From contig JAGYIY010000004.1 of assembly GCA_018402485.1 (NCBI GenBank), forward strand, positions 2,587-66,586: 64,000 nucleotides of DNA. Reading direction: 5' to 3'. Below are positions 1-10,081 of this stretch, piece by piece. Both the position numbers and the translations under genes were made by a program. This stretch comes from Roseivirga sp. Lineage in GTDB: Bacteria > Bacteroidota > Bacteroidia > Cytophagales > Cyclobacteriaceae. How positions within the stretch are numbered: position 1 is the first letter of the stretch; each line of letters starts with the position of its first letter. A model generated the notes under the pieces. The model did no database searches, had not been told where the DNA came from, and worked only from the letters and a program-made list of their open reading frames with translations.

Positions 1-1890
1 TATCAAGATAAGAAAGGTAAAACACATGCCTTGGAAGTAACAGAAAATGATAGTTATGAGATTGATTTGGATGGTATTGACGGAGATGTATTGCGAGATA
101 AAAATGGCCAAATTATTTTCTTTGGTGCATTTAAATACAAAAGCTTGGTTTCGGAAGAAGAGGATGGCGAAAAAGGAAAAGCTATGTCTCCTATCAAAAG
201 ACTCATCAGGGTACTTGGTGAAGAGAAAAAAGATATTGTTTATGTCTTCATATATGCCACTTTTGTTGGAATAGTTTCTCTAACACTACCCCTGGGTATT
301 CAGGCCATTGTAGAATTGGTTTCAGGAGGTGTTGTGTTCAGCTCAATTTACGTGCTCATTTCCCTTATTATTCTGGGTATTTTGGTTGTCGGTGGTTTAC
401 AAATCATGCAGATAACACTCATAGAATTTATTCAAAGGCGTATTTTTACCAAAGCTGCATTAGAATTCGCCTTTCGCATTCCAAGGATGAAAATGGAATC
501 CTTAGCCAATTTGCATACACCTGAATTGGTCAATAGGTTTTTTGATGTTCTGACATTACAAAAAGGGTTGCCAAAATTGCTGGGAGATTTGATGTCGGCC
601 GTGATTCAAATTATATTTGGGCTCATTTTACTCTCTTTTTATCATCCATTTTTTGTGTTTTTCGGACTCGTACTCGTGTTGACTTTGATTCTCATTTTTC
701 GTTTAACAGGCCCTAAAGGATTACAATCATCTATCCAAGAATCTAAATACAAGTACCGGGTGGTGTATTGGCTAGAAGAAGTGGCTAGGGTATTGAAATC
801 TTTTAAAATTTCTGGGAATACCAGCCTACCCAACAGAAATACAGAATATAATGTCAACAATTACTTGATCAACCGAAAGATTCATTTCGGAGTTTTGATC
901 AGTCAGTACGGTTATATTGTGCTCTTCAAAGCTGTGATTACCGCAGGATTATTGATCATTGGTACCACACTAGTGATTAACAGAGAAATTACACTTGGTC
1001 AATTTGTTGCTTCTGAGGTCATCATCATTTTAATTCTTAACTCAGTCGAAAAAATTATCACTTATCTAGATGTGGTTTACGATATGCTTACAGCGGTCGA
1101 TAAAATAAGTCATGTAACAGATTTGCCTTTGGAAAAGGTGGGCGGGATTGATTTGAATCAAAATAGCCTAGATAAAGGGTTCGTGATTGAGATCAAAGAG
1201 ATGAGTTATAAATATGCGGGTACGTCAAAACCTGCTTTAAATAACATAAACCTGCGCATCGCTTCAGGTGAGCGTATCTGTATCTGTGGAGGTAATGATT
1301 CAGGGAAATCCACTTTAACGCATACTATTGCAGGGCTCAATAGAGATTACCAAGGCATTATAACCATGAATGGCTATAGTTTGCACGATTTAGACTTAAC
1401 CAACTTGAGGGATAGATTAGCTAAGAATGTATCTCAAGAAGATATTTTTGATGGTTCTATTTTCGATAATATTGCCGTAGGAAAGCCCCAGGTAAGCACC
1501 AAGGAAGTTGTTGATGCCATTGAAAAAGTAGGGCTTTCAGATCAGATCAATAGCATGCCAGATGGTTTGAATACACATGTGGTAAGTGGTGGTAAGGGAT
1601 TTTCCAACTCCTTTGTTACTCGTTTGATTTTGGCGAGATGTCTTGTGAAAAAACCTAATCTGCTGATTTTAAACGACTATTTTAACACTTTTCAAATTAC
1701 CGAGAAAGAGCGACTAATTGAATTGGCATTTCATTTAGATCATTGCACGCTCATTACAGTATCTAATGATGTAAGTGTTATGAAAGCCTGTGATCGTGTG
1801 GTGGTGATGGAGGCAGGCGAAATTGCTGCTATCGGAACATTCGATGAGTTATTAAAAAATGGTAAACTTAATCAATTGATCAAAAGCTAA
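1..1890 (+). CDS. Type I secretion ABC transporter (peptidase-domain-containing ABC family), 5'-truncated by the window edge
   Basis: Frame is open from base 1. ABC TM domain followed by NBD with Walker A GGNDSGKST; signature and Walker B are degenerate. Lies directly upstream of HlyD and TolC genes. Confidence 0.85.
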   Translation, partial: YQDKKGKTHALEVTENDSYEIDLDGIDGDVLRDKNGQIIFFGAFKYKSLVSEEEDGEKGKAMSPIKRLIRVLGEEKKDIVYVFIYATFVGIVSLTLPLGIQAIVELVSGGVVFSSIYVLISLIILGILVVGGLQIMQITLIEFIQRRIFTKAALEFAFRIPRMKMESLANLHTPELVNRFFDVLTLQKGLPKLLGDLMSAVIQIIFGLILLSFYHPFFVFFGLVLVLTLILIFRLTGPKGLQSSIQESKYKYRVVYWLEEVARVLKSFKISGNTSLPNRNTEYNVNNYLINRKIHFGVLISQYGYIVLFKAVITAGLLIIGTTLVINREITLGQFVASEVIIILILNSVEKIITYLDVVYDMLTAVDKISHVTDLPLEKVGGIDLNQNSLDKGFVIEIKEMSYKYAGTSKPALNNINLRIASGERICICGGNDSGKSTLTHTIAGLNRDYQGIITMNGYSLHDLDLTNLRDRLAKNVSQEDIFDGSIFDNIAVGKPQVSTKEVVDAIEKVGLSDQINSMPDGLNTHVVSGGKGFSNSFVTRLILARCLVKKPNLLILNDYFNTFQITEKERLIELAFHLDHCTLITVSNDVSVMKACDRVVVMEAGEIAAIGTFDELLKNGKLNQLIKS

Positions 1891-1894
1891 GACC

Positions 1895-3250
1895 ATGCTA
1901 AACGTATCTAAATATAGCGGTAAAATGGAGCAGTCCAGTATTTTGTTCAAAACATTGAAGACACCGAATACGGGCAAAATGTTGGCTAAGGTACTCTTAA
2001 TTACCACTTTTGCATTTTTCATTATGCTGTTTCTACCTTGGCAGCAAAACATAAGAGGTACGGGTGCACTCACTGCTCTTTCGCCAAGTGAAAGGCCACA
2101 GTTTGTGGAAAGTGCTATTGCCGGAAGAATTGCAGAGTGGAAAGTGCGTGAGGGTCAGTTTGTAAATGCAGGTGATACCATTCTAGTACTTACTGAGATC
2201 AAAGAAAAATATTTCGATCCGCTTTTATTGGAAAGAACCCGAGAACAAATTGAAGCCAAGCGGCAAGGTATCATAGCTAAAAAGGCTAAAGAAAAGGCAT
2301 TAGAAGAACAAGAGAAAGCCCTACGAGAATTGTTGGTTGCCAAGAGTGAGCAGGCAGTGAATTACCTTGAACAAGCTGAGTTTAAATTAACCACAGATAG
2401 TGTAGACTATGTGGCGGAACAAATACGCTTTAAAAACCAAGAAGATATTTTCGCCCGGAACCAGCAGTTGTACGAGGCTGGTAATATTGACTTGACCAAG
2501 TTCCAAGAGCTTGATTCAAAACTTCAGGAATTGACCATGAAGGTAATGTCAGCCAAAAATACCTATTTACAAAGTCAGTTGTCAGTTACCAATGCGCAAA
2601 TTGAGCTGAATGCTGTGGTATCAGAATACCAAGAAAAAATCAGTAAAGTACTTTCGGACCTAAATAATACACGTTCTGAAATATTCGATGCGGAAGGGGC
2701 GCTCACCAAACAAGAAAATGAATTAGCAAACCTTACCATTCGGAATGATCAGTATCAATTAATTGTTCCGCAAAGCGGCTATATCATCAAGGCCCTGAAA
2801 GCAGGGGTGGGAGAAACCATCAAAGAAGGAGAGGCGGTAGTGGAGATTTTAGCTGAGAACCCCAGTTTGGCAGTGGAGATGTATGTTAGAGCGATGGATG
2901 TTCCATTGATAGCCACCGGGCGAAAGGTCCGTATTGAATTTGATGGCTGGCCGGCGCTACAGTTTTCTGGTTGGCCGAGCGTATCCGTTGGAACTTTTGG
3001 TGGAGTAGTTCAGGTGGTAGATCGTGCGGATACGAGAGGTAAAAAAGGTGAATTTCGTATCTTGGTGACTCCTGACCCTGAAGATGAGCCTTGGCCTGAA
3101 CAATTACGTATGGGATCTGGTACCAAAGGTTGGGTAATGTTGGATAATGTAGCTGTTTGGTATGAAATCTGGCGTCAGTTGAATGGCTTCCCACCAAGTT
3201 TATATGAAGCACCCCAGCAGGATGTTTTGGAAAAGGAGGACGAGAAATAA
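1895..3250 (+). CDS. HlyD-family membrane fusion (secretion) protein
   Basis: N-terminal TM helix, lipoyl-like half motif (GRIAEWKVREGQFVNAGD), long coiled coil, C-terminal beta-barrel with FDGWPALQFSGWP. Confidence 0.9.
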   Translation: MLNVSKYSGKMEQSSILFKTLKTPNTGKMLAKVLLITTFAFFIMLFLPWQQNIRGTGALTALSPSERPQFVESAIAGRIAEWKVREGQFVNAGDTILVLTEIKEKYFDPLLLERTREQIEAKRQGIIAKKAKEKALEEQEKALRELLVAKSEQAVNYLEQAEFKLTTDSVDYVAEQIRFKNQEDIFARNQQLYEAGNIDLTKFQELDSKLQELTMKVMSAKNTYLQSQLSVTNAQIELNAVVSEYQEKISKVLSDLNNTRSEIFDAEGALTKQENELANLTIRNDQYQLIVPQSGYIIKALKAGVGETIKEGEAVVEILAENPSLAVEMYVRAMDVPLIATGRKVRIEFDGWPALQFSGWPSVSVGTFGGVVQVVDRADTRGKKGEFRILVTPDPEDEPWPEQLRMGSGTKGWVMLDNVAVWYEIWRQLNGFPPSLYEAPQQDVLEKEDEK

Positions 3251-3251
3251 T

Positions 3252-4736
3252 ATGAGTAGAAGAATTTTCTCCTTCCTAATTATTTGTCTGCTTACTGTAG
3301 GCCTATCGTGGGGTCAGGAAATCAATGCTCCTTTCTCCGTAGATTCTACGAGCCAATCAGAGGCATTTCAAACCCTGAGTTTGGAGGATTTTATCCGTGT
3401 GGTTTTGGCTAATCATCCTGTCATTAAACAAGCTGATTTGCTTTCTGAAAATGCTTTGCAAGAAGTAAGATTGGCTAAAGGGGCTTTTGATCCAAAAATT
3501 TCGGCTTCTTGGGACAGAAAGAACTTTAAGGATACAGAGTACTTTAATATTTTCAATGCATCCATGACCGTCCCAACATGGTTTCCGATAGACCCGAAAC
3601 TTAGTGTAGACCGCAATAGAGGAGTCTTTCTGAGTCCCGAGAATACCATTCCCGAAGGAGATGACTTTAGACAAGTTACTCTGGGGGTAAGCCTTCCAGT
3701 AGGAAGAGGTTTGCTGATTGATGCAAGAAGAGCAGCTGTAAAGCAAGCGCGCATCTTCGTAGAAAAGACAGAGGCAGAACGCTTGGAAATGGTAAATAAA
3801 GCTTTATTGGAGTCTCTAAAAGCCTTTTGGGAATGGCATTTGGCTTATGGTCAATTTCAATTGATCGAACAAAGTTTAGACATTTCTCAAGACATCTATG
3901 AAAGGATTAAGCTTGACTATCAGTTTGGTGAGGCTGCTGTGATTGACACCGTTCAAGCGGCCATTACTTTTCAAAACCGTGCTACCGATTATCAAGCAGC
4001 TCAAATTACTTTTCGTAGAGCATCTTTACAACTTTCTAATTTTCTATGGGGTATTAATGAGGAACCTATCGAGTTAAAATCTGATGTGATTCCGGATATG
4101 AGTATGACAGGGCCACAAGTTATGGATTTAGAAACGCTACTGGAGGATGCCATTTCCATTCATCCCAAACTAAGGCAATTGTCTTTGAAAATGGATGGAT
4201 TATCGGTTGCAGAACAGTTGGCCAAAGAAAACCTAAAACCACGGGTTGACCTCAACTATAACCTCATCAATGCACCCATCTCTCCGGAAGGAGCTTTCAC
4301 TTCCATAGACTTAAGCAACGATTATAAGTTTGGAATAGGCTTTGAGTTTCCCTTGTTTTTGAGGAAGGAAAGGGCTAAACTGAAACAAACACGCATTAAA
4401 ATGGCTGATGTCGGCTATGAGAATTTGGTTACTCGCCAGCAAATTTTAAATGCCATTCAAGCTAATTATTTTGAACTGACCAATGGGCGAACCATGGTAG
4501 ACTTATTAGAACAAACCGTAGAAAATTATGAACGCTTATTGGAAGCTGAATTGCTTAACCTGGAGCTAGGTCAAAGTGATTTATTCCGCATCAACTTTCA
4601 ACAGGATAAGTTACTTGAGGCACAGTTAAAATTACTCAAACAGCGGGTCACCCTAGAAAAATCGAAACTTGAACTGTATTGGGCAGCCGGAAGACCTTAT
4701 TTGAGTTTTGGGGAATTACTGCCCAATGAAAATTAG
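3252..4736 (+). CDS. TolC-family outer membrane efflux protein
   Basis: ATG at 3252 (MSRRIFSF signal peptide); duplicated OEP-like helical repeats; third gene of the ABC-HlyD-TolC run. Confidence 0.85.
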   Translation: MSRRIFSFLIICLLTVGLSWGQEINAPFSVDSTSQSEAFQTLSLEDFIRVVLANHPVIKQADLLSENALQEVRLAKGAFDPKISASWDRKNFKDTEYFNIFNASMTVPTWFPIDPKLSVDRNRGVFLSPENTIPEGDDFRQVTLGVSLPVGRGLLIDARRAAVKQARIFVEKTEAERLEMVNKALLESLKAFWEWHLAYGQFQLIEQSLDISQDIYERIKLDYQFGEAAVIDTVQAAITFQNRATDYQAAQITFRRASLQLSNFLWGINEEPIELKSDVIPDMSMTGPQVMDLETLLEDAISIHPKLRQLSLKMDGLSVAEQLAKENLKPRVDLNYNLINAPISPEGAFTSIDLSNDYKFGIGFEFPLFLRKERAKLKQTRIKMADVGYENLVTRQQILNAIQANYFELTNGRTMVDLLEQTVENYERLLEAELLNLELGQSDLFRINFQQDKLLEAQLKLLKQRVTLEKSKLELYWAAGRPYLSFGELLPNEN

Positions 4737-4738
4737 CT

Positions 4739-5089
4739 TTAAGTATATAAAAAGGCCCAATAGATTAGTCCTAATTGCATGGGTAGTCTGAGCCATAAGG
4801 CAGCGCGATACCAATGTTTTTTCCCTTTGTAGGCTTGCAACATGTAAACATTTGCTGGGAAGACGCCTATCAAAGTAGCTATGATGCCCCAGGCACCAAT
4901 GCTTTGTATGAAAGGAAAGAAGAGCATTAGTCCGAAAATAGCTTCAAAGAAACCGCTGAGGTAGACCAAAAATAAGGGCTTGGGTAGGTAAGGAGGCATG
5001 ATTTTGAGGTACACCTTGGGTTTGATGAAATGTAAAATACCAGCAAGTAGATACATACTGCCCATGATGTAAAGCCCTGTTTTATCCAT
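4739..5089 (-). CDS. DoxX-like small membrane protein
   Basis: 116 aa, about 4 TM segments; AGILHF..P..Y..IMPPYLP and VFPANVYM motifs. Confidence 0.7.
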   Translation of the reverse strand: MDKTGLYIMGSMYLLAGILHFIKPKVYLKIMPPYLPKPLFLVYLSGFFEAIFGLMLFFPFIQSIGAWGIIATLIGVFPANVYMLQAYKGKKHWYRAALWLRLPMQLGLIYWAFLYT

Positions 5090-5103
5090 AGCTTGAAGGT
5101 AAT

Positions 5104-5141
5104 AAAAAAGGAGGATGCCAAGAACGGCAACCTCCTTTTTT
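5104..5141. terminator. Rho-independent terminator downstream of the M1 peptidase gene
   Basis: AAAAAAGGAGG-a-TGCC loop GGCA-a-CCTCCTTTTTT inverted repeat with A/T tails. Confidence 0.75.
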
Positions 5142-5160
5142 CAATGGATGCTTCAATGGC

Positions 5161-7059
5161 TTACTTCTTCTCTTTCAAGCTTTGGGCCTCCCATTTATTA
5201 TTCTCACGATCTGCATCAGCCATGCGACCTGAAGGATCTATTTCAATGGATGCGATTTCTCCAATGGGTTTATTGATTTCAAAGGCATAGGAAGGATTGG
5301 TCCATGGCCAATCCGGATGCACGGTTCTTGAGTCATTGGTTTCCGCAGGCTTTTCTCCTCGCATCATTCTTAATGGCATATAATGCACTTCCTTACTGCC
5401 ATCCTGATAAGTAACCACCACATCAATGGGCATAGGGAATTCACCTATTTTCTCCAAGGTAACCTTGGTTGTATTGTTTTCACCGACCACTTCCTGCACT
5501 CCATAATCGATCATTTTGGTTGTGTAAACCATGTATTCATTGTACCAGTCCAGCTCTAAGCCCGAAACTTTTTCAAATATTCTCAATACATCATTGGGGT
5601 TGGGATGCTTAAATTTCCATGTTTCAAAGTATTCCAAAAGCGCTTTATCCCTAGCTTCTTCACCAATCACATAACCCATTTGACTCATCCAAACAGCACC
5701 CTTTCCATAAGAGGCTGCGCTGTAAGCCGAATTGGTTACATAATGATCTGAATGCGTGCTCATGGGTTCTTCTAGACCACTTTTAGCAATGCGAAGGTAG
5801 CTTCCTTGTCCGGAACGATTGCCTAAGGCTCGTAAAGCACGAGCTCCAGGCCCCTCAGGACTATTGAGGTGGCTATTGATGCGAGAGGATGCATAGGATG
5901 TAAATCCTTCATCCATCCAGGGATGCAAAGCCTCATTATTTCCTAATACACCGTGGTACCAATCGTGCATAAATTCGTGAATAGTAACACCCAATAGGCT
6001 CTGCAGGCTTCTTCTTTCTCCGGTAATTAAAGTAGACATTGGGTATTCCATTCCGCCATCACCTCCTTGGATAACGCTGAATTGATCGTAGGGATACTGT
6101 CCGAAGGTTTTACTCGCAAAGGCAAACGCACGCTCAGTAAGAGGTATGAGTTGTTTCCAATTCTCATCATTTTGACCCTTTTGATGGAAGAAATGAAGCA
6201 CTGTTCCATCTTCCATCGTGATTTTGTCGTGTTGATAGTCAGGATCCGCAGCCCACATAAAGTCATGCACATTGGGGGCATAAAAATGCCAGGTCAGTTT
6301 CCCATTTTCTACCTTTTTGTTGACGGTTTGCCCTTCGTTTTCATAGCCATGACCTATTTCCAATGGGTTTTGCAAATAGCCTGTACCTCCGATGATGTAA
6401 TCTTGATCAATTTTTATTTTTACATCATAATTACCCCATACACCATAAAATTCACGGCCAATGTATTCATCAGCATGCCAGCCTTGGTAATCGTATTCTG
6501 CCATTTTGGGATACCACTGTGCCATGGAGTACCTAATACCTTCTGCATTGTCTCGCCCGCTTCTTCTTATTTGAACAGGCACTTGACCCTCAAAAGTCAT
6601 GTCGAATATAACCGTCTCACCCGGAAGAATGGGTTCTGCTAAATTCACTTCTAAAACGGTACCTACTGTTTCATAGTCAAGGGGTTGACCGTCTTGGGTG
6701 AGCGATAAAACCTTTTGATACCCGATTTCATCTGGTGCTAAAGTAGAAATGCGATCTCCCACACGCCTGTCTGGGTCGCGAATGGTACGCGAACGAACAT
6801 CCATCATACTTCCTGGTTGAAAAGCATTGAAATACAAATGATAAAACACCTTATTCAATACATCAGGAGAATTATTGGTATAGGATGCTTTTTGTGTTCC
6901 GGTAAACTGATTGGTATTCACGTCCATATCAATTTCCATGGCATATTCAATGTGCTGCTGCCAGCGATCACTGTCTTTTGTTAGGGCAGGTTCCTGTGCC
7001 CAAGATGTGATGGAGAGCCAGACCATCACCCATATCATTGCTCCTTTGCGCTTTTTCAT
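5161..7059 (-). CDS. Secreted M1-family zinc aminopeptidase
   Basis: Signal peptide; GGMEYP exopeptidase motif; HEFMH followed 18 residues later by E (WMDEG). Confidence 0.9.
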   Translation of the reverse strand: MKKRKGAMIWVMVWLSITSWAQEPALTKDSDRWQQHIEYAMEIDMDVNTNQFTGTQKASYTNNSPDVLNKVFYHLYFNAFQPGSMMDVRSRTIRDPDRRVGDRISTLAPDEIGYQKVLSLTQDGQPLDYETVGTVLEVNLAEPILPGETVIFDMTFEGQVPVQIRRSGRDNAEGIRYSMAQWYPKMAEYDYQGWHADEYIGREFYGVWGNYDVKIKIDQDYIIGGTGYLQNPLEIGHGYENEGQTVNKKVENGKLTWHFYAPNVHDFMWAADPDYQHDKITMEDGTVLHFFHQKGQNDENWKQLIPLTERAFAFASKTFGQYPYDQFSVIQGGDGGMEYPMSTLITGERRSLQSLLGVTIHEFMHDWYHGVLGNNEALHPWMDEGFTSYASSRINSHLNSPEGPGARALRALGNRSGQGSYLRIAKSGLEEPMSTHSDHYVTNSAYSAASYGKGAVWMSQMGYVIGEEARDKALLEYFETWKFKHPNPNDVLRIFEKVSGLELDWYNEYMVYTTKMIDYGVQEVVGENNTTKVTLEKIGEFPMPIDVVVTYQDGSKEVHYMPLRMMRGEKPAETNDSRTVHPDWPWTNPSYAFEINKPIGEIASIEIDPSGRMADADRENNKWEAQSLKEKK

Positions 7060-7142
7060 AAAGTATTCGGTTTTAAAATTTTCTCAAATTATCAAAGTTT
7101 ACCAAGTACGACAAATTAATCTCTTTGAATGGTATCGTCAAG

Positions 7143-9209
7143 CTATAATCTGTACCTTACCTGAAATTTAATATCTGTTCTTTGGTTTCCTTCAATGGTT
7201 TCTAAGCCTGTGCCAATTTGGTTCCGATCGAAAAAAGTGGTTTGTGCGAATCGTGCCCAGAAATCTATATTGCGACTCCATTTGTATTGCAGAAGTAGGT
7301 AGTTTCTAATACCCCTGCCACCGTATGCAGGTATGGAGAAGGCAAACAGAACATCTCTTTCATAGGCATATTGTCTGTTTTGAGCTCCTTCTGTATCGAA
7401 AATGGCTAGCCTTCCGCTGATAGTGATTTTTTTTTGCTGATAGATTACATCCTGCATCAGAGCAATTCCTGTTGTTCGAACCTTGTCGATAGTAAATTGA
7501 CTAGCTTGTAAACGCGACTTGAAACTGAGTTTTGAGTTGGTAGAAAAATCGAGTTGTGCCAACCATTGTTCTCGTATTCCAGGCAAAACTATGGTTCTCT
7601 CAAGATCCTCTAAATTTGTATTTTCTTCCTTCACACGCTTTCGATATTGCACATACATGTGAATTTTTCTGGAAGGTAAATAGTTGAAACGTACAAGGTA
7701 ATCGTTTCCTTTCGAAGGGCGGTCCACACGAAACCTTAGCCATGGAAAACGAAAAGAATCGAAGTAGGCATTCACAAAAAACTTGTTGTTCAATGTATAT
7801 TGAAAACCCCAATAAACTCCTTGTTCATTGATGTTTCGGCTGCCTTCTGCGAACGCATTTCCTCGTAAAGCATGAAAATCTCTGGCATAGTTTCTCCAGA
7901 GCATTGCAAAGTCCAGTCTTGGCGCGAGTGTGGTAGTAAATCCACCTAATGCTCCCATGCCTCCACTTTTCGAAATACCCAATTCCCCAAAAAACCTAAA
8001 TTTTCGCCAAGAATAGTTACCATACATGCTGGCATTGATGTTCTCACTGCCTTGAAATTCAAAACGGTTGTGGGGGAGGTCAGGCCTGCGAAGATCAGTA
8101 CTAAAGCGATTGATAAAAGCAATGATTCCCCATTGCTTTAAATCATCTGGCTGATGATGTAGATTGAAGCCATAAACCGTCTCGGTAATTTGCTTTCGAT
8201 TAGAGATTTCATTGGGTGTGCGATGAAATCCGGTTAACTGAATGGAAGAAAAGAAGGATTCAAAGGTTTCTTCATCTGCCCTCAGGCTGGCATCCTGTCT
8301 GCTGTGTGATAAAAACCCGGTGAAATACCAATGATCCTTCCATTTGTAAGTGGCGGCGGCACCTCTTAAAAAACCACCTTCTATCACAGAGGTATAGGGC
8401 CTGATTCCATAGTGCACGCGCTCCGCACTGGTGGTGGTGGCTGCTCCTTTACCCACACCAAATCCTGCACCCAGTAGTAAGCCTTGCCCTAGTTGAAGCT
8501 GATAATCTCCAATGATGAATCGGTGCCATTTTCCTTTGTTTTCCAGCATCAAGTGTGCCGACAAATAGTCTACCCCATATTGATGTTTTTTTGGTGACCA
8601 CTGGAATGTTTCCCCAGGGTCTTTTTCGAAGGTGAAACCCAAGCTATAATCTCCTCTATGCGTGCTGCGGTATCTTAGGTAATGTTTGTTCGGGTTACCC
8701 AGATATCTTGTATCACCCAGGTTTTGGGGATCGGAAAAACCTCTTTTTTCCTCTAAAATTCGTTCGAATCTGTAAATGATATATTGTCTTCCAGGGCTCG
8801 TTATACGCTGCAGTAAGGGGCGATCGTCCTTACCTATGGCCAAGGGGTCTATGCGTACAAAGGGTATTAATTTTTCAATGGTTAGCATATCAAAACCCTC
8901 AATATAAGCCAATTCATAAATACTCAGCAAAGGACCAAAATCGGTAATATGAGCCCTTAAGTGTAGGATTTGCTCCTGTGTGAGGATAAAAAGACCTTGT
9001 AGCTCCGTAAAACTTGCGCTATTGATATCCAAGGGGTTCTCATAATGGAGCAGTAACTGCTCGTAAAGGTCCTCGTAATTAAGGTCCTCAGATTGGCTAT
9101 TGAAGAGAGATTCTACAAAATTCGCTAATTCAAATTCTTCATTTTCTTGAGAAAGTGACACAACTGAAAAAGAGGCAAGCATCCATCCGATGAAGATTAG
9201 CTTTTTCAT
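7143..9209 (-). CDS. Helix-hairpin-helix (ComEA-like) domain protein with long C-terminal beta-barrel-like region
   Basis: Signal peptide; PLDINSASFTELQGL...GPLLSIYELAYIEGF HhH motif; C-terminal amphipathic strands ending KFQVRYRL. Confidence 0.7.
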   Translation of the reverse strand: MKKLIFIGWMLASFSVVSLSQENEEFELANFVESLFNSQSEDLNYEDLYEQLLLHYENPLDINSASFTELQGLFILTQEQILHLRAHITDFGPLLSIYELAYIEGFDMLTIEKLIPFVRIDPLAIGKDDRPLLQRITSPGRQYIIYRFERILEEKRGFSDPQNLGDTRYLGNPNKHYLRYRSTHRGDYSLGFTFEKDPGETFQWSPKKHQYGVDYLSAHLMLENKGKWHRFIIGDYQLQLGQGLLLGAGFGVGKGAATTTSAERVHYGIRPYTSVIEGGFLRGAAATYKWKDHWYFTGFLSHSRQDASLRADEETFESFFSSIQLTGFHRTPNEISNRKQITETVYGFNLHHQPDDLKQWGIIAFINRFSTDLRRPDLPHNRFEFQGSENINASMYGNYSWRKFRFFGELGISKSGGMGALGGFTTTLAPRLDFAMLWRNYARDFHALRGNAFAEGSRNINEQGVYWGFQYTLNNKFFVNAYFDSFRFPWLRFRVDRPSKGNDYLVRFNYLPSRKIHMYVQYRKRVKEENTNLEDLERTIVLPGIREQWLAQLDFSTNSKLSFKSRLQASQFTIDKVRTTGIALMQDVIYQQKKITISGRLAIFDTEGAQNRQYAYERDVLFAFSIPAYGGRGIRNYLLLQYKWSRNIDFWARFAQTTFFDRNQIGTGLETIEGNQRTDIKFQVRYRL

Positions 9210-10024
9210 CCATTTCCAAATTGATAGGTCAATCCAAAATTATGCGTGGTTCCAATACCGCTGTTGGGTGAAACGGCATAGTCGACAATAAATTTTTGAA
9301 TCTTAAGTCCGGCACCGAAACTATATCGGTTGGTCTGGGTGGCAAATCCCGTGCGTAATTGCAAAGCCTCGATGAACTGAAAAGATAAGCCTAAACTGAA
9401 TTCAGCTTCTCTTTCTACATCTTTTTCGCCTTCTATAAACAATTGCAACTCATTGCTGATCTGATAATTGATTGCCATTCGAATGAGGATGGGAACTTTT
9501 TCTTGTGTTTCTTGAGCGATTACAGACTGAGTAAAATTGTAGATATGAATTCCAAAATTGAGTAAAGGAGTCAGGTTGGCAATTCCGCCCATTTCTCCCA
9601 GAAAAACAGACCTTTTGCCAAATCCTGCAATATCGTATTGCAATAGATTTGCCTTTATTCCTAGGGACATGATACCCAATTTTCGGGCAAAACCTAAACT
9701 GGCCATCTGCGTGCTGAAAAGATCATCACCAAACTTGTAAACCCCAAAAGCCGTATTTCCAAATGGTATTTGGGCATTCAAAGCTGCCAATACACTATTG
9801 AATGGCGTGAAATTGATAATTGTTTGGTATCCAAAAATACCACTGATGCCCTGTAAATCTCCAAGTCCTGCAGGGTTATTAAAAATGGCCCAGTGATTGC
9901 TGATAGCCGCTCTCGTGCCACCTAAACCTAAGGAAATAGGTCCGGCAGCTGGAATACTGGCATTTTGTGAATGACATACATTCCATAGCAAAGAGGCTGA
10001 GAAAATGAAAACTAGTTTATGCAT
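9206..10024 (-). CDS. Small outer-membrane beta-barrel protein (PorV/FadL-like N-terminus)
   Basis: Signal peptide; SLGLGG..AA....AIFNNPAGL motif; alternating strands ending FGLTYQF; ATGA overlap with the HhH gene. Confidence 0.55.
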   Translation of the reverse strand: MHKLVFIFSASLLWNVCHSQNASIPAAGPISLGLGGTRAAISNHWAIFNNPAGLGDLQGISGIFGYQTIINFTPFNSVLAALNAQIPFGNTAFGVYKFGDDLFSTQMASLGFARKLGIMSLGIKANLLQYDIAGFGKRSVFLGEMGGIANLTPLLNFGIHIYNFTQSVIAQETQEKVPILIRMAINYQISNELQLFIEGEKDVEREAEFSLGLSFQFIEALQLRTGFATQTNRYSFGAGLKIQKFIVDYAVSPNSGIGTTHNFGLTYQFGNG

Positions 10025-10081
10025 CAAAGCTTAAACTAGTGATATTTCATAAATAAGTAAAATATATTTATGAGAATATTA

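Noticed and set aside
3183-3251. Longer N-terminus for TolC in the ORF track
   Set aside because: It overlaps hlyD; the ATG at 3252 gives a proper signal peptide.
5140-5253. 12-bp direct repeat TTCAATGGATGC at about 5140 and 5242
   Set aside because: Short, one copy is inside a coding region, and no element lies between the copies; likely chance.
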